Assembly: GCA_018400015.1 (NCBI GenBank)
Contig: JAGYNB010000003.1
Coordinates: 5,022 to 69,021 of the forward strand
Source: Candidatus Omnitrophota bacterium
Lineage (GTDB): Bacteria > Omnitrophota > Gorgyraeia > Gygaellales > Gygaellaceae
Direction of reading: 5' to 3'
DNA length: 64,000 nucleotides
The notes under the pieces were generated by a model that ran no database searches, was not told the DNA's origin, and saw nothing but the letters and a program-made list of their open reading frames with translations. The position numbers were made by a program, and so were the translations under genes. Of this stretch, positions 21,373-34,994 are shown one piece after another. Every line of letters starts with the position of its first letter. The stretch's first letter is position 1.

Positions 21373-23448
21373 TCATAAGTTTACTATCTTTTCCTTTTTA
21401 TGTGAAGGCACCTCAGAGTAATATGAGGGCTCCATTGTATAAGAACCGCGCCCTTGAGTCATTGAGCGTAATATTGTAGCATAATTAAAGATTTCTGCAA
21501 GAGGAATATATCCTCTTATTGCTTTCACGTTTACACGCTGACTCATTGAGACAATTTTAGCACGCCTGGCTGATAAATCTCCGACGACAAAACTAACATA
21601 TTCTTCAGGGACCACTACTTCAATATCCATTATCGGTTCTAATAAAATTGGGCTGGCTTTTTTTAATCCGTCGTTTAATGCAATTGCTGCAGCCATCTTA
21701 AATGCAACATCACTTGAATCAACTTCATGATAAGAACCATCCACTAATGTAACAATTATATCCGTTAAAGGGAATCCCATAATCGGCCCACTTCTTGATG
21801 CATCAATAATTCCTTCTTTTACTGATGAAATAAATTCTTTGGGAATTGCACCTTGTTTAATTCTGTCAACAAATTCTATTCCTTTCCCCGGAGAATCCTG
21901 CGGTTCAATCTGTATCACAACATGACCATACTGACCATGTCCGCCAGACTGCTGAATAAATTTTCCTGTTGAAGAAACTTTCTTTGTTATGGTTTCTTTA
22001 TAGGCAACATGCGGCTGTCCAACATGGGTTGAAACTCCAAATTCTTTTTTAAGCCTGTCTACGATAATATCAAGATGCAACTGACCCATTCCGTGGATCA
22101 AAGTCTGACCTGTTTCTTCATTGTAAGTTACTTTAAAACTTGGATCTTCTTCTTTTATCTTTTTTAATGCCAGGGCGATTTTCTCTTCGTCGGCTTTTAC
22201 TTTAGGCTCAATTGACTGCGCGATTACCGGTTCTGGAAATCTCATCTCTTCTAAAACTATCTGATGCTTTTCATCGCAAAGGGTATCCCCGGTATTAGTA
22301 TCTTTTAATCCTACAATAGCAGCGATATCGCCGGCATAAAGCTCATTAATCTCTTCTTGTCTGTTGGAATGCATCTGCACGATCTTGATCACTCTTTCCT
22401 TTTCTCTAAGATTAGCATTATACACATAAGAACCTTTGGAAAGCCTTCCAGAATAAACCCTTACATAATTGAGCCTGCCAATAAAAGTATCTGTTGCGAT
22501 TTTAAAACATAATGCACAAAAAGGCGCCTTCTCAGAAGTGCTTCTTTCTTCGTACTCGCCTGATTTTGGCTCTTTTCCTTTTATTGCCGGAATATCCTCA
22601 GGAGAAGGAAGATAATCGCAAATCGCATCAAGCAAAGACTGCACTCCCACGTTTTTCAAGCTTGAGCCGCACAAAACCGGAACAAAATCATTACTCAATG
22701 TTGCTTTTCTGATTGTGGCAATTATATCCTTTGCCTCAATAGCGCGATCGTGGACAAAATCATCCATAATCTTATCGTTGAACTCAGAAATCGCTTCTAT
22801 GAGGTCAGCTCTACGTTTTTTAGCCTCTTCGATTAATGCTTCAGGGATTTCTTCAATATAAATATTATTTTTTTCTTCACTTAAAGCAACATATTTAACT
22901 AACTTCATATTAATCAAATCGATTATGTTGCTGAAATTGCTGTAATCGCCAACAGGAAGCTGCACAGAAGCAATTTTCTTACCGAATCTTTTTTTCATTT
23001 GTTCAATAACTGCAAAAAAATCACTGCCAACACGGTCAAGTTTATTTACAAATGCGATTCTTGGAACTTTGTATCTGTCTGCCTGGCGCCATACGGTTTC
23101 AGACTGAGGCTCAACCCCCCCTACACCGCAAAAAACCACAACCGCACCGTCTAAAACCTTTAAAGATCTTTCTACTTCAACAGTAAAATCAACATGGCCA
23201 GGAGTATCGATCAAATTTATCTTACTGTCTCTCCAGAAATAGCTTGTTGCAGCAGATGTTATCGTAATGCCCCGTTCCTGCTCTTGCTGCATCCAATCCA
23301 TTACTGCTGTGCCTTCATCAACTTCACCAAGCTTGTAGGTCTTGCCGGAATAAAATAAAAACCTTTCCGACGTTGTAGTCTTTCCGGCATCGATATGGGC
23401 AATAATGCCAATATTCCTAATTTTATCTAATGGAGTTTTTCTTCCCAT
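21373..23448 (-). CDS. fusA: elongation factor G
   Basis: I place the start at the ATG at 23448, giving [25 protein letters not shown], which matches the EF-G N-terminus. The ORF track's longer start at 23559 would add 37 aa with no homology and would overlap rpsG. Confidence 0.9.
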   Translation of the reverse strand: MGRKTPLDKIRNIGIIAHIDAGKTTTSERFLFYSGKTYKLGEVDEGTAVMDWMQQEQERGITITSAATSYFWRDSKINLIDTPGHVDFTVEVERSLKVLDGAVVVFCGVGGVEPQSETVWRQADRYKVPRIAFVNKLDRVGSDFFAVIEQMKKRFGKKIASVQLPVGDYSNFSNIIDLINMKLVKYVALSEEKNNIYIEEIPEALIEEAKKRRADLIEAISEFNDKIMDDFVHDRAIEAKDIIATIRKATLSNDFVPVLCGSSLKNVGVQSLLDAICDYLPSPEDIPAIKGKEPKSGEYEERSTSEKAPFCALCFKIATDTFIGRLNYVRVYSGRLSKGSYVYNANLREKERVIKIVQMHSNRQEEINELYAGDIAAIVGLKDTNTGDTLCDEKHQIVLEEMRFPEPVIAQSIEPKVKADEEKIALALKKIKEEDPSFKVTYNEETGQTLIHGMGQLHLDIIVDRLKKEFGVSTHVGQPHVAYKETITKKVSSTGKFIQQSGGHGQYGHVVIQIEPQDSPGKGIEFVDRIKQGAIPKEFISSVKEGIIDASRSGPIMGFPLTDIIVTLVDGSYHEVDSSDVAFKMAAAIALNDGLKKASPILLEPIMDIEVVVPEEYVSFVVGDLSARRAKIVSMSQRVNVKAIRGYIPLAEIFNYATILRSMTQGRGSYTMEPSYYSEVPSHKKEKIVNL

Positions 23449-23503
23449 AGTATCAATGATATTTTCTTTTGTATATAATAAACCGCTTGTTAAACGGTTA
23501 ATA

Positions 23504-23974
23504 TTACCATCTAAAATGCGCAAACGCCTTGTTTGCTTCTGCCATTTTGTGAGTATCATCTCGCTTCTTTATTGCTGGGCCTTCTGATTTATAAGCAAGC
23601 AGTATCTCTTCGGCAAGCTTTTCTCTCATTGCTTTACCTTTTTTAGCCTTGGCAAAATCCCTAATCCAACGCATAGCCAAAGAAATCCCGCGTTCATGTT
23701 TTACTTCTATCGGTACCTGATAAGTTGCCCCACCGACCCTCCGAGGTTTTACCTCAATTTGAGGCCTTGCGTTATCAAGCGCCTTATTAAAAATCTTTAA
23801 TGCATCCTGCTCGTTAAGTTTTTTGGTAAGTATATCAAAAGCACCATAAACTATATTTTCTGCAATAGATTTCTTCCCTTGTTCCATGATTATATTTATG
23901 AATTTAGCAACTAACTTTGAATGGAACTTTGGGTCTGATAAAATCTCTCTCTTTTCTGCAGCTCTTCTACGCAT
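23504..23974 (-). CDS. rpsG: 30S ribosomal protein S7
   Basis: 156 aa. Confidence 0.9.
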   Translation of the reverse strand: MRRRAAEKREILSDPKFHSKLVAKFINIIMEQGKKSIAENIVYGAFDILTKKLNEQDALKIFNKALDNARPQIEVKPRRVGGATYQVPIEVKHERGISLAMRWIRDFAKAKKGKAMREKLAEEILLAYKSEGPAIKKRDDTHKMAEANKAFAHFRW

Positions 23975-23987
23975 AATAATCTCTTCC

Positions 23988-24362
23988 TTATTGTTTAGGT
24001 CTCTTTGCTCCGTATTTCGAACGGCTTCTTCTTCTTTGATTCACTCCAGATGTATCAAGTGAACCTCTTACAATATGATATCTTACGCCGGGTAAATCTT
24101 TTACACGGCCGCCACGCACCAGAACTATGGAATGTTCTTGTAGATTATGCCCTTCACCAGGTATATAACTAGTAACCTCAAAACCACTGGTCAAGCGAAC
24201 CCTGGCGATCTTACGTAATGCAGAGTTAGGTTTTTTTGGTGTCATTGTCTTAACCTGTAAACACACACCGCGTCTTTGAGGACATGCCCTTAATGCGGGA
24301 GATTTACCTTTTTTCTTCTTCGATCTACGGCCATACTTAATTAACTGTGAAATTGTTGGCAT
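23988..24362 (-). CDS. rpsL: 30S ribosomal protein S12
   Basis: 124 aa starting [13 protein letters not shown]. Confidence 0.95.
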   Translation of the reverse strand: MPTISQLIKYGRRSKKKKGKSPALRACPQRRGVCLQVKTMTPKKPNSALRKIARVRLTSGFEVTSYIPGEGHNLQEHSIVLVRGGRVKDLPGVRYHIVRGSLDTSGVNQRRRSRSKYGAKRPKQ

Positions 24363-24365
24363 TTA

Positions 24366-27300
24366 CTATTCCTTTTTTGTTTCTTGAGTTTCGCTATTCT
24401 TTACGCTTTCAGCAACAGCTTTCTCAATATCTACCGTCCTGTGGTCCTTAAATCCAGTTCCGGCTGGAACCAAATGACCGACAATTACGTTTTCTTTAAG
24501 ACCAAACAAGTTATCACGTTTTCCGGCACAAGCAGCCTCTGTTAAAACCCTTGTTGTTTCTTGGAAACTTGCTGCTGAAATAAAACTTTCCGTAGTTAAT
24601 GATGCTTTGGTAATCCCTAAAAGTAACGGCACTGCTGTTGCCTGTTTACCGCCTTTTTTCTTTGCTTTGTCGTTTTCCTGTTTAAAAATCCACTTGTCCA
24701 CTTGTTGTCCAATTAAGAAATCTGTATCCCCAGGTTCTTTTATCCTGACTTTCTTAAGCATCTGTTTGATAATAAGTTCGATGTGTTTATCGTTTATGCT
24801 TACGCCTTGCAAACGGTAAACTTCCTGAACTTCATTTACCAAGTACTCCTGTAATGCCTTATCACCACAGACCTTTAATATATCCTGCAAAACAACCGGT
24901 CCGTCAGTTAACTGCTGTCCGGCTATAACCTTATCTCCTTTATATACATTAGGGTGTTTTCCATGAGGAATAACATACTCTCTAATCATTCCTGTTGCTG
25001 AACGGACAATAATAAGTCTCTGTCCTTTTTTATTTTCACCAAATTCAACAAAACCGTCGATATCGCTAACGATTGCCGGATCCTTTGGTCGACGAGCTTC
25101 AAAAAGCTCTGCAACTCTAGGCAAGCCACCAGTGATATCCCTGGTTTTAACAACCATTCTGGGAATCTTAGCTATTAACTCACCCGCTTCTACTTTATCT
25201 TTATCTTTTACTAATATATGTGCTCCAATCGGCAAAGGATAAATCCCCAAAACCTCATGTCTTTCATCGGTAATGATAATTTGAGGATGAAACTCACTTT
25301 TATGTTCAACAAGAACCCTTTCCATGGTTCCGGTATTAGAATTTATCTCTTCACGCGTGGTCTGTCCTTGTTTTATATCCTCAAATTTTACAAATCCATT
25401 TACTTCGGTTAAAATTGGTGAAGTATAAGGATCCCATTTTACAAATATATCTCCTTTACTCAATGCGCCGCCGTCAGCAAATCTTAAAAAAGCACCCTGC
25501 GGGATTGGATAAAGTTCTAATTCTCTTCCATCTTTATCATTTATGCTAACAGAACCGTTTCTGTTTAAAACAACGAATTCTTTATTTCTTTCAACTGTAC
25601 GCATATTGTGGTACTTGACAAACCCTTCATTTTTAGCTTTTAAGAACGACTGTTCGACGATCCTACTTGCCGTACCGCCGATATGGAATGTACGCATGGT
25701 CAACTGTGTTCCAGGCTCACCGATTGACTGGGCAGCAATAATGCCAACTGCTTCACCTATCTCAACCAATTTACCGGTTGCTAAATTCCTGCCGTAACAT
25801 TTACGGCAAACACCCCTTGGAGACTCACAGGTCAAAACACTACGTATACGGATTTTTTCAATTCCAGCTCTTTCGATTAATTTTGCCATTTCTTCAGTAA
25901 TAATCTGTCCGGCTGCAACAATCACCTGATCACTGACAATATCAACTACGTTATCTAAGGCCACTCGACCTACGATTCTATCTTCTAAACTTACGACGAT
26001 TTCATCTCCTTCGATAATCGCGGCAACCGTAATTCCATTTATTGTTCCACAATCTTCCTCACAAACGATTATTTCCTGTGTAACATCAACAAGCCTTCTA
26101 GTTAAATATCCTGCATCTGCGGTTTTTAAAGCTGTATCAGCAAGACCCTTCCTTGCACCGTGAGTGGAAATAAAATATTCTAATACTGTAAGACCTTCTC
26201 TAAAGTTTGCCGTAATCGGATTCTCCATAATCTCACCAGAGGGTTTTGCCATCAAACCTCTCATGCCGGCAAGCTGTCTTACCTGCAAGCGGGACCCGCG
26301 CGCGCCTGAATTGGCCATCATGTAAATCGGATTAAACACATCCATTTCCCTAAACACCAGATCAGATATCTTATCTGTCGTTCTTGTCCAAATATCAATT
26401 ATATTGTTATAGCGTTCCCTATCGGTAATAATACCTTTTTTATACTGATCTTCTACTTTAGAAACTTCTTTTTGCGCATCTTTTATAACATCGGGCTTCT
26501 GTTTAGGAATAGTGATATCGTCGATACCAATAGAAATACCACCCAATGTTGCGTACTCAAAACCGATCTCTTTCAAATCATCCAATAATTTTACAGTCTG
26601 TGCATGGCCAAATTGAGCATAAAATGCGGCAATAATCTGACGCATATTCTTTTTATTCAATTCTTCGTTTACAAAACCGAATTCGCTAGGTAAAATTTCA
26701 TTAAAAATGATTCTACCGATGGTGGTGATAATTATCTGCGGTTCGTCTGTCTTTTGAAGTTTTTCCATATCGAAAAGATCGTTTACTTTTAGCTTTATTT
26801 TTGAATGCAGATGTATATATCCATCATTATAAGCTGCCATGGCCTCGTCTTTAAAACTAAAGGTAAAATCTTCTGATTTGCTAGCATCTTTTTCTTTGGT
26901 CAAATAAGCGCATCCTAAGATAATATCCTGAGACGGGCTAACAATCGGACGTCCGTCAGCTGGTGAAAATATATTATTTACCGACGACATCAATAATTTA
27001 GCTTCTGTCTGCGCCTCCAGAGACAACGGCACATGTACAGCCATCTGGTCACCGTCAAAGTCAGCATTAAACGCACTACAAACCAATGGATGGATCTTTA
27101 TTGCCTTTCCTTCAATCAAAACAGGCTGAAAAGCCTGCATACTTAATCTATGCAGCGTAGGAGCCCTATTTAATAATACCGGATGGTCTCTTATGACTTC
27201 ATCTAAAATATCCCAAACTTCGATCTTTGCTCTGGAAACCATGCGACGTGCACCTTTTTTGGTATGCACAAAACCTTTTTCTTTTAATTTCTTGATAATA

Positions 27301-28412
27301 AACGGCTCGAACAATTCCAGAGCCATTTGCTTAGGAAGACCGCATTCGCTTAATTTTAAACTCGGCCCTACGACAATAACCGAACGACCGGAATAATCAA
27401 CGCGCTTACCAAGTAAATTTTGTCTAAAACGCCCTTGCTTTCCCTTAAGCATGCCTGAAAGGGATTTTAACGGACGGTTACTGCTTCCCACTACTGGACG
27501 GCCGTGCCTGCCATTATCTAAAAGCGCATCTACTGCTTCTTGAAGCATTCTTTTCTCATTACGAATAATGATATCAGGCGCACTTAAATCCATTAGCTTT
27601 TTAAGCCTATTGTTGCGGTTGATTACCCTTCGGTAAAGATCGTTTAAATCTGACGTAGCAAACCTGCCGCCTTCTAAAGGAACCAAAGGACGCAAATCAG
27701 GAGGCGTAACAGGTAGATAAGTCAAAACCATCCACTCAGCATTATTCCCGGACTTACGGAAATCCTCAATAATCTTAAGGTTCTTAATAAGCCTCATTGC
27801 TGAAGGACCCTCTTTATGTTTATCGATATCTCGTCTGATCTTTTTACATACTTTATCAAGATCGGTTTCTTTCAATAATTCCATTATAGCTTCTGCACCA
27901 ATTTTAGCCTTAAATGCACCGGGATATTTACTAACGGCATCTTGATATTTATCTTCAGTCAAAAGCTCATTTTTCTTCAAAGGAGTTTCCATAGGGTCTA
28001 CCACAATATACTCTTCGTAGTAAATAATTTTCTCTAAGTCTCTTAAGGATAGATCTAAAATAGCAGCCATACGGCTTGGAACTGCTTTAAAAAACCAAAT
28101 ATGAGTTACAGGCGTAGCTAACTCAATATGTCCCATTCTTTCGCGTCTGACAACAGAACGGTCAACTTTTACCCCACAGCGATCGCAAACAATACCTTTA
28201 AATTTAGGCCCTTTGTATTTACCGCAGTTGCACTCATAATCTTTTACTGGGCCAAAAATCTTCTCACAGAACAAACCGTCTTTTTCTGGTTTTAGGCTTC
28301 TGTAATTAATCGTCTCTGCTTTTTTTACCTCTCCGTGACTCCAAGACTTGATCACGTCAGGTGCAGCGATTTTGATCGAGATACTATCGAATAATACAGG
28401 CTCTTCAATCAT
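24366..28412 (-). CDS. rpoC: DNA-directed RNA polymerase beta-prime subunit
   Basis: 1348 aa with the zinc-binding CxxC motifs near the N-terminus and the catalytic NADFDGD motif. Confidence 0.95.
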   Translation of the reverse strand: MIEEPVLFDSISIKIAAPDVIKSWSHGEVKKAETINYRSLKPEKDGLFCEKIFGPVKDYECNCGKYKGPKFKGIVCDRCGVKVDRSVVRRERMGHIELATPVTHIWFFKAVPSRMAAILDLSLRDLEKIIYYEEYIVVDPMETPLKKNELLTEDKYQDAVSKYPGAFKAKIGAEAIMELLKETDLDKVCKKIRRDIDKHKEGPSAMRLIKNLKIIEDFRKSGNNAEWMVLTYLPVTPPDLRPLVPLEGGRFATSDLNDLYRRVINRNNRLKKLMDLSAPDIIIRNEKRMLQEAVDALLDNGRHGRPVVGSSNRPLKSLSGMLKGKQGRFRQNLLGKRVDYSGRSVIVVGPSLKLSECGLPKQMALELFEPFIIKKLKEKGFVHTKKGARRMVSRAKIEVWDILDEVIRDHPVLLNRAPTLHRLSMQAFQPVLIEGKAIKIHPLVCSAFNADFDGDQMAVHVPLSLEAQTEAKLLMSSVNNIFSPADGRPIVSPSQDIILGCAYLTKEKDASKSEDFTFSFKDEAMAAYNDGYIHLHSKIKLKVNDLFDMEKLQKTDEPQIIITTIGRIIFNEILPSEFGFVNEELNKKNMRQIIAAFYAQFGHAQTVKLLDDLKEIGFEYATLGGISIGIDDITIPKQKPDVIKDAQKEVSKVEDQYKKGIITDRERYNNIIDIWTRTTDKISDLVFREMDVFNPIYMMANSGARGSRLQVRQLAGMRGLMAKPSGEIMENPITANFREGLTVLEYFISTHGARKGLADTALKTADAGYLTRRLVDVTQEIIVCEEDCGTINGITVAAIIEGDEIVVSLEDRIVGRVALDNVVDIVSDQVIVAAGQIITEEMAKLIERAGIEKIRIRSVLTCESPRGVCRKCYGRNLATGKLVEIGEAVGIIAAQSIGEPGTQLTMRTFHIGGTASRIVEQSFLKAKNEGFVKYHNMRTVERNKEFVVLNRNGSVSINDKDGRELELYPIPQGAFLRFADGGALSKGDIFVKWDPYTSPILTEVNGFVKFEDIKQGQTTREEINSNTGTMERVLVEHKSEFHPQIIITDERHEVLGIYPLPIGAHILVKDKDKVEAGELIAKIPRMVVKTRDITGGLPRVAELFEARRPKDPAIVSDIDGFVEFGENKKGQRLIIVRSATGMIREYVIPHGKHPNVYKGDKVIAGQQLTDGPVVLQDILKVCGDKALQEYLVNEVQEVYRLQGVSINDKHIELIIKQMLKKVRIKEPGDTDFLIGQQVDKWIFKQENDKAKKKGGKQATAVPLLLGITKASLTTESFISAASFQETTRVLTEAACAGKRDNLFGLKENVIVGHLVPAGTGFKDHRTVDIEKAVAESVKNSETQETKKE

Positions 28413-31400
28413 TTCTTAGAACCTTCCTTTTCTGTTCTTATATCCAAACATAATGCTTGTAATTCTTTTATTAATACATTGAACGATTCCGGTGTGCCGG
28501 GTGAAAAACGCTGTTCCCCCTTGACTATCGCTTCATAAATATGCATTCTTCCGGAAACATCGTCACTTTTTACCGTAAGCATTTCCTGTAAGTTAAAAGC
28601 TGCCCCATAAGCTTCTAATGCCCAAACTTCCATTTCGCCAAGTCTTTGTCCGCCAAATTGAGCTTTTCCACCTAAGGGCTGCTGTGTGACCAGAGAGTAC
28701 GGACCAATCGAACGGGCATGAATCTTCTCATCGACAAGATGAATAAGTTTCAGCATATACATGAAACCAACAGTAACTTTCTGATCAAACGAATGTCCGC
28801 TGTAACCATCATGAAGCGTAATCTTGCCATCTTCTGGTAAATTTGCGCTCTTGAGCATCTGCTTAATCTCTTCTTCTCTGGCGCCGTCAAAAACAGGAGA
28901 AAGAAAATGCATATTGAGCTGTTTTGCAACCCAGCCAAGATGGGTTTCTAAAATCTGCCCAACGTTCATACGTGAAGGAACACCTAACGGATTTAACACG
29001 ATATCAACCGGTGTCCCATCTGGCATAAATGGCATATCTTCTTCAGGTACGATTCTTGAAACAACACCTTTATTCCCATGACGCCCAGCCAGTTTATCAC
29101 CTGCTGCAAGTCTACGCTTTGTAGCAACATAAACTACAACTCGTTTTAACACGCCGGCAGGAAGCACATCACCGCGCTTTACTCTTTCGATTTCCTGAAT
29201 CAATTCTGCTTCCAGGTCTTTAAGCTGCTCATCATAAGAATCTGATACTATTTTAGCTTCTTCGTTTGCATTTATATTAACCAAACCGACTTTTTCTTTT
29301 TTAACCTTTAAAATCTCACTTAAAGCCCTGAGTTTTTCTTCTTCCACAAGCCTGATCTCTTCTTTGTAGTATTCTTTAAGTTTTCTGACTTTAGCCAATT
29401 CTTTGCTTTTTTGTTCTTTGGATTTACGTCCTTTTTCCTTACTTTGAAATACATGTATGTCAATTACCACACCGTCTACACCCGGAGGAACGTTTAAAGA
29501 AGTATCCCTTACGTCTCTTGCTTTTTCAGCAAATATTGCGCGCAATAACCTTTCTACCGGTGAAAGTTCAGATTCTGTTTTAGGAGTAATTTTGCCAACT
29601 AGGATATCTCCAGGATGGATCTCTGCACCGACACGTATTATGCCGCTTGCGTCTAAATCTTTAAGGGCCTCTTCGGATACATTAGGAATATCTCTGGTGA
29701 TTTCCTCATTGCCAAGCCTAGTTTCAACTGCTTCTATTTCGAATTTTTCTATATGTACGCTGGTTAAAGCATCATCTTTTACGACTTTTTCGCTTACGAT
29801 AATTGCATCCTCGAAGTTATATCCTCTCCAAGGCATAAAGGCAACCAACAAATTTCTGCCTAATGCCAGTTTTCCATTATCTGTTGCCATACCGTCAGCT
29901 ATAATCTGCCCTTCTGTAACCTTATCGCCTACCTTTACCAAAGGTCTTTGATTAACGCATGTATCGGAATTCGTTCTTTGGAACTTAAATAAATCATATT
30001 TAATCTTACCTATTATTATATGGTTGGCATCAACTTCTCTTACCCTTCCAGAATTCTCTGCTGTTAAGACTGCCTTTGAATCTACTGCAACTTTTTCTTC
30101 CATTGCAGTCCCAATTAACGGCTCTTCCGGAAAAAGTAAAGGCACTGCCTGACGCTGCATATTACTTCCCATCAAAGCTCGGTTAGCATCATCGTGTTCT
30201 AAGAAAGGTATCAAAGAAGCTGCAACAGAGACCAACTGCTTGGGAGAAACATCCATATGGGTTATGCCTTTTGGTGTAATTCTAGGAAAATTACCATTGA
30301 ATCTACAGGAAACATCATCGTTTAAAAAACTTCCGCCTTCATCTAATGGTGCATTTGCCTGGGCAATAACTTTATTTTCTTCTTTATCTGCTGTAAGATA
30401 CTCCACAGACTTGGAGGCTTTTCCATCCTTAACTTTTCGATAAGGTGTTTCCAAAAATCCTAACGGGTTAACTTGAGTAAAAGTAGCCAATGAAGAAATC
30501 AAACCGATATTGGGACCTTCCGGAGTTTCAATAGGACAAATTCTTCCATAGTGAGACTGATGCACGTCTCTAACCTCAAAACCAGCTCTTTCACGAGATA
30601 AACCTCCTGGACCTAGAGCTGAAAGCCTTCTTTTATGAGTAGTCTCTGCCAAAGGATTAATCTGATCAAGAAATTGGGAAAGCTGGCTCCTGCCGAAAAA
30701 ATCCCTTATCTGACTGGAAAGCAGCTTGGAATTTATCAAATGATGTATGCTTATATTTTTTAAATCTACTGCGATGGCAAGACGTTCTCTTATAGAACGT
30801 TCTATTCTTGCAAGGCCAATTCTTATTTGATTCTGAATCAACTCTCCAACACTTTTTACGCGCCTGTTTCCTAGATGATCGATATCATCGATCTGTCCCT
30901 TGCCGTCTTTAAGCAAAATCAGATATTCAATTGTTTTAATAACGCTTTGATGGTCTAAAACTTTATTATCTAAAGGAACATCAATTCCCAGTTTTCTGTT
31001 TAAAATAAATCTACCCACACGTTTTAATTCATAACGCTTAGGGTCAAAAAATAATCTGAAGAATAACTCTTCCGCTGCCTCTAAAGTAACGGGCTCGGTA
31101 GGACGCATTTTCCTGTAAAAATCAGTCAATGCCTCCTCTTTTGATTTAGTAGTATCTTTTTTTAAAGTATTGTGAATCTGTACGTAATCTGCTGAAAATG
31201 CTTTTATGATTTGCTCATCGGTGGAATAACCCATAATGCGAAGTATCTGGGTTGCGGGGAAATTACGACGCCTGTCAACATAAGCAAGTATAACATCGTT
31301 AATATCATATTTGAACTCAAGCCAAGCGCCTCTATAGGGAATAATTCTGCCATAAAAAAGTTTTTTGCCTGTCTGATGCATCTCCTCTTCAAACGTTAGT

Positions 31401-31828
31401 CCGGGAGATCTCTGCAATTGGCTTACTACTACACGTTCATCGCCATTGATAATGAACGTTCCCTTATCGGTCATTAAAGGCAATTCTCCAAAATAAGCCT
31501 CTTGTTCTTTGGTCTCATGCAAAGTTATCAAACGAAACCGTACCTTTAAGGAAGCTGAATAAGTAATATCTCTTTTTCTACATTCTGCCACATCATATTT
31601 AGGCTTTCCTAATGAATAACTGACGAATTCTATGCGTACATTCTTGTCAAAGCTTTCAATAGGAAACACATCCGCAAAAGCCTCCTGTAAACCATGCATT
31701 TGCCTTTCACTTACAGGAGTATCCATCTGAAAAAAGTCCTTACAACTTTTTACCTGCACGTCCAACAGATGCGGCATGTTGTACACTTCTTTAATCTTAG
31801 CAAAGTTCTTATATTTTGCCATAGTCAT
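28409..31828 (-). CDS. rpoB: DNA-directed RNA polymerase beta subunit
   Basis: 1139 aa with conserved RpoB blocks throughout its length. Confidence 0.95.
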   Translation of the reverse strand: MTMAKYKNFAKIKEVYNMPHLLDVQVKSCKDFFQMDTPVSERQMHGLQEAFADVFPIESFDKNVRIEFVSYSLGKPKYDVAECRKRDITYSASLKVRFRLITLHETKEQEAYFGELPLMTDKGTFIINGDERVVVSQLQRSPGLTFEEEMHQTGKKLFYGRIIPYRGAWLEFKYDINDVILAYVDRRRNFPATQILRIMGYSTDEQIIKAFSADYVQIHNTLKKDTTKSKEEALTDFYRKMRPTEPVTLEAAEELFFRLFFDPKRYELKRVGRFILNRKLGIDVPLDNKVLDHQSVIKTIEYLILLKDGKGQIDDIDHLGNRRVKSVGELIQNQIRIGLARIERSIRERLAIAVDLKNISIHHLINSKLLSSQIRDFFGRSQLSQFLDQINPLAETTHKRRLSALGPGGLSRERAGFEVRDVHQSHYGRICPIETPEGPNIGLISSLATFTQVNPLGFLETPYRKVKDGKASKSVEYLTADKEENKVIAQANAPLDEGGSFLNDDVSCRFNGNFPRITPKGITHMDVSPKQLVSVAASLIPFLEHDDANRALMGSNMQRQAVPLLFPEEPLIGTAMEEKVAVDSKAVLTAENSGRVREVDANHIIIGKIKYDLFKFQRTNSDTCVNQRPLVKVGDKVTEGQIIADGMATDNGKLALGRNLLVAFMPWRGYNFEDAIIVSEKVVKDDALTSVHIEKFEIEAVETRLGNEEITRDIPNVSEEALKDLDASGIIRVGAEIHPGDILVGKITPKTESELSPVERLLRAIFAEKARDVRDTSLNVPPGVDGVVIDIHVFQSKEKGRKSKEQKSKELAKVRKLKEYYKEEIRLVEEEKLRALSEILKVKKEKVGLVNINANEEAKIVSDSYDEQLKDLEAELIQEIERVKRGDVLPAGVLKRVVVYVATKRRLAAGDKLAGRHGNKGVVSRIVPEEDMPFMPDGTPVDIVLNPLGVPSRMNVGQILETHLGWVAKQLNMHFLSPVFDGAREEEIKQMLKSANLPEDGKITLHDGYSGHSFDQKVTVGFMYMLKLIHLVDEKIHARSIGPYSLVTQQPLGGKAQFGGQRLGEMEVWALEAYGAAFNLQEMLTVKSDDVSGRMHIYEAIVKGEQRFSPGTPESFNVLIKELQALCLDIRTEKEGSKK

Positions 31829-31855
31829 GAATTATCCCTTATTTAAAGGTTAAAA

Positions 31856-32233
31856 TTACTTAAGCTCTACCGCGGCACCAGCTGCTTCAAGCTTCTTTTT
31901 GAGCTCTTCAGCTTCTGCCTTAGGAAGACTTTCTTTGACTGGCTTCGGAGCTGACTCAACCAAGTCTTTTGCTTCTTTAAGTCCAAGGTTTGTCGCAGCC
32001 CTTACTTCTTTGATAACAGCAATCTTATTACTTCCTGCAGAAGTCAAAACAACATTAAAAATTGTTTTTTCTTCCTCTGCTGCTGCTGTACCTGCTGCTG
32101 CACCTGCTGCTGCCATTACCGGCATTGCGGCGCTGACACCGAATTTCTCTTCAAGTGCCTTGACTAAATCGGCAAGCTCCAAAACACTCATCGATTCAAT
32201 TGAACCCATAATGTCCTGAATTTTGTCTGCCAT
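31856..32233 (-). CDS. rplL: 50S ribosomal protein L7/L12
   Basis: 125 aa with an Ala-rich hinge. Confidence 0.9.
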   Translation of the reverse strand: MADKIQDIMGSIESMSVLELADLVKALEEKFGVSAAMPVMAAAGAAAGTAAAEEEKTIFNVVLTSAGSNKIAVIKEVRAATNLGLKEAKDLVESAPKPVKESLPKAEAEELKKKLEAAGAAVELK

Positions 32234-32766
32234 TATTTGCTCCTTTCCTTATTCTTCTTTATCTGTTCTAAAGCAACTAAAAACTTTTTCATTATACCCG
32301 ATAACACAAAAACTAAATTGTTTATTGGTGCCTTTATACCAAAGACTACCTGTGCGATTAAAACATCTTTTGCGGGAAGTTTGGCGATATCAACTATGGT
32401 TGTTTTTTCAATCGGCTTTTCCTGGAAAAATCCACCCTGAAGCTTAAGATTTTCGTTTTCATTCGCAAAGTCAACCAAAACCTTAGAAACACTAACTATG
32501 TCTTCTTTTGCAAATACAAAAGCGGTTGGCCCGTCAACAAATTTAATAAGATCTTTTTTATCCATCTTTTCCAAAAGTCTTTTGGCAACGGTATTTTTTG
32601 TAATAAACAACCTAGCATCAATCTGTTTGAGGTTTTTTCTTAAGTTATTCATTGACAAACCGTTTATTCCAGAATACTGCAGGAAAAAGAAGGCATTTGA
32701 ATCTTTTATGTCTTTTTCAATGCGCGAAGTAAATAAATCTTTTATGAGTAATCCGACTTTTTTCAT
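32233..32766 (-). CDS. rplJ: 50S ribosomal protein L10
   Basis: 177 aa. Confidence 0.85.
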   Translation of the reverse strand: MKKVGLLIKDLFTSRIEKDIKDSNAFFFLQYSGINGLSMNNLRKNLKQIDARLFITKNTVAKRLLEKMDKKDLIKFVDGPTAFVFAKEDIVSVSKVLVDFANENENLKLQGGFFQEKPIEKTTIVDIAKLPAKDVLIAQVVFGIKAPINNLVFVLSGIMKKFLVALEQIKKNKERSK

Positions 32767-32770
32767 TGAA

Positions 32771-33448
32771 TTAATTGATTTGCAAGGCCGGGGACATTGT
32801 TGCAGAAATAAAAACCTTCTTGATAAAGTTTCCCTTTACCGTAGAAGGTCTACTTGACTGAACAACTTCCAACACCTTTTTTGCGTTATCTATAATCTGT
32901 TCTTCCGTAAATGAAATCTTACCGATTCCTACATGAACGCCGCTTAGTTTATCCGATTTAAAATCTATCTTGCCTGCTTTAGCTTCTTTCACTGCCTTTT
33001 CAATATCGTTGGTAACTGAACCGGTCTTTGGAGATGGCATAAGGCCTCTTGGACCTAAAACTTTTCCCAGTTTAGCTAAATCCTTCATCATCTCAGGAGT
33101 AGCTATAATCTTGTCAAAATCCATCCAGCCATTGCTTATCTTCTCAATTAAATCCATACCTCCGATATATTCTGCGCCTGCTTCTTTTGCCTGCGATTCA
33201 TGAGCCCCTTTGCAGATTACGACAACGCTGATCTTCTTTCCTGTTCCATGTGGCAGTTTTATGCCGCCTCTGACCATCTGGTCTGATTTTTTTGGGTCGA
33301 TATTAAGATGAAAATGCAATTCTACTGTTTCATCAAACTTAACTTTAGGAGTCTTCTTCAATAAAGAAACTGCTTCTTTCAACTGATAAATTTTATTTTC
33401 ATCCACAGTCTCAAGTGCTTTATTATGTCTTTTGCTGAATTTTTTCAT
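32771..33448 (-). CDS. rplA: 50S ribosomal protein L1
   Basis: 225 aa. Confidence 0.9.
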   Translation of the reverse strand: MKKFSKRHNKALETVDENKIYQLKEAVSLLKKTPKVKFDETVELHFHLNIDPKKSDQMVRGGIKLPHGTGKKISVVVICKGAHESQAKEAGAEYIGGMDLIEKISNGWMDFDKIIATPEMMKDLAKLGKVLGPRGLMPSPKTGSVTNDIEKAVKEAKAGKIDFKSDKLSGVHVGIGKISFTEEQIIDNAKKVLEVVQSSRPSTVKGNFIKKVFISATMSPALQIN

Positions 33449-33450
33449 GA

Positions 33451-33876
33451 TTATTTATTAACTTTTATTCCCATACTTCTGGCAGTGCCTTCGATAATTT
33501 TCTTTGCTTCTTCTAAATTTACTGTATTTAAGTCCGTCATCTTTAATTTAGCGATTTCTTCTACCTGAGCAGCCGTAATTGAACCAATAGTTTCTTTTCC
33601 TGCCTGGCCTGATGCCTTAGCAAGATTACATGCTCGCTTGATCAAAACAGATGAAGGCGGAGTTTTTATAATAAAACTAAAAGATCTGTCTTCATAAACG
33701 CTGATGATTACCGGAACAATAATTCCGTCTTTGTCTTTTGTCTGCTCATTAAACTGCTTACAAAACTGCATTATGTTTACACCGTGCTGTCCCAATGCCG
33801 GTCCAACTGGCGGTGCAGGATTAGCTGCACCTGATGGAACGTGTAATTTTATCTGTGCCTTAACTTTTTTTGCCAT
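33451..33876 (-). CDS. rplK: 50S ribosomal protein L11
   Basis: 141 aa. Confidence 0.9.
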   Translation of the reverse strand: MAKKVKAQIKLHVPSGAANPAPPVGPALGQHGVNIMQFCKQFNEQTKDKDGIIVPVIISVYEDRSFSFIIKTPPSSVLIKRACNLAKASGQAGKETIGSITAAQVEEIAKLKMTDLNTVNLEEAKKIIEGTARSMGIKVNK

Positions 33877-33877
33877 T

Positions 33878-34405
33878 TTATATTTTCTCTACTTGCCAAA
33901 ATTCAAGCTCAACAGGAGTAGAACGACCGAATATAGAAACTCCTACTTTAAGCTTTCCTTTTTCTGTTGCTACATCTTCGATAACACCGTTAAAATTCAT
34001 AAATGGTCCTTCTGTAACCCTAACAGCCTCTCCTGCCTGAAATAGTACTTTCGGGCTAGGCTTATCAGCAGTATCTTTGGAGCGCTTCATGATATTATCC
34101 ACCTCATCCTGAGGAAGACTTGAAGGTTTTTTGCCTAAGCCGATAAACCCCGTAACGCCTGGGGTTGCCTTAATCGCCAAATATGTAGCCTCGTTTAAAT
34201 CCACCTCAACAAGAATATAGCCAGGGAAGAATTTTCTCTGGCTAATTTTCTTTTTACCGCCTCTAACTTCTGATATCTGTTCTGTAGGAATGAAAACCTC
34301 TCCCAAGGCTTCTTGCAAATGGGAAATCTCCATCCTGCGCATGATCCTAGATTTGACTTTTTCTTCTAAACCGGTCTGAGTGTGCACAACATACCACTTT
34401 TTCAT
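33878..34405 (-). CDS. nusG: transcription termination/antitermination factor NusG
   Basis: 175 aa with an NGN domain and a KOW domain. Confidence 0.9.
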   Translation of the reverse strand: MKKWYVVHTQTGLEEKVKSRIMRRMEISHLQEALGEVFIPTEQISEVRGGKKKISQRKFFPGYILVEVDLNEATYLAIKATPGVTGFIGLGKKPSSLPQDEVDNIMKRSKDTADKPSPKVLFQAGEAVRVTEGPFMNFNGVIEDVATEKGKLKVGVSIFGRSTPVELEFWQVEKI

Positions 34406-34587
34406 TGCAATAAAACATTTATAATTTTTGAAAAAATAATCCCTATACTTCCGACAAAAAGTGCGGTCAATGCAGTTGAGATAATTACGATGATCGTAGA
34501 ATTATACAACTCTTGACGCGTAGGCCATGATACTTTTGATATTTCTACCTTTACTTCCTGAAAAAATTTAATGATTTTATTCATCAT
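34402..34587 (-). CDS. secE: preprotein translocase subunit SecE
   Basis: 61 aa single-transmembrane protein located just upstream of nusG. Confidence 0.8.
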   Translation of the reverse strand: MMNKIIKFFQEVKVEISKVSWPTRQELYNSTIIVIISTALTALFVGSIGIIFSKIINVLLQ

Positions 34588-34596
34588 TTCTTTCTT

Positions 34597-34667
34597 CAGG
34601 AGCGGCAGGAATCGAACCTGCAGTAACGGTTTTGGAGACCGTTGGTTTGCCTTTAACCGACGCTCCT
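34597..34667 (-). tRNA. tRNA-Trp (anticodon CCA)
   Basis: Hand-folded cloverleaf. The acceptor stem AGGAGCG pairs with CGCUCCU, and the anticodon loop is CUCCAAA. No CCA end is encoded. Confidence 0.8.
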
Positions 34668-34740
34668 AATTTTATTATTTAAATTAACATAAATCCCCAG
34701 CAGGCATTTTCTAAAAAATGACTTTGTTGAATACTAGATT

Positions 34741-34890
34741 TTATTTTATTTCTTTATGCGCAGTATGACTACGACAGAATTTACAAAACTTCTTTATTTC
34801 TAATTTTTCAGTATGAAGCTTTTTATTCTTCGTTGTTGTGTAATTACGATTCTTACAACCGGTACACTGTAAAGTAATTATTTCTCTCAT
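34741..34890 (-). CDS. rpmG: 50S ribosomal protein L33
   Basis: Found by hand; it is not in the ORF track. Translation gives [49 protein letters not shown], 49 aa, with two CxxC pairs. Confidence 0.85.
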   Translation of the reverse strand: MREIITLQCTGCKNRNYTTTKNKKLHTEKLEIKKFCKFCRSHTAHKEIK

Positions 34891-34903
34891 TTTTCTCGCT
34901 TTT

Positions 34904-34976
34904 AGCCCCCGATCGGGATTGAACCGATGACCCCGTCCTTACCAAGGACGTGCTCTACCAACTGAGCTACGAGGGC
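34904..34976 (-). tRNA. tRNA-Thr (anticodon GGU)
   Basis: Hand-folded cloverleaf. The acceptor stem GCCCUCG pairs with CGGGGGC (one G-U pair), and the anticodon loop is UUGGUAA. Confidence 0.8.
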
Positions 34977-34994
34977 AAAGTTGTAGAAGTTGTA

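Noticed and set aside
29457-29951. 164-aa plus-strand ORF antisense to rpoB
   Set aside because: It is Ser/Thr/Leu-rich with no motifs and lies wholly inside a well-supported essential gene. This is a typical antisense artefact in AT-rich DNA.
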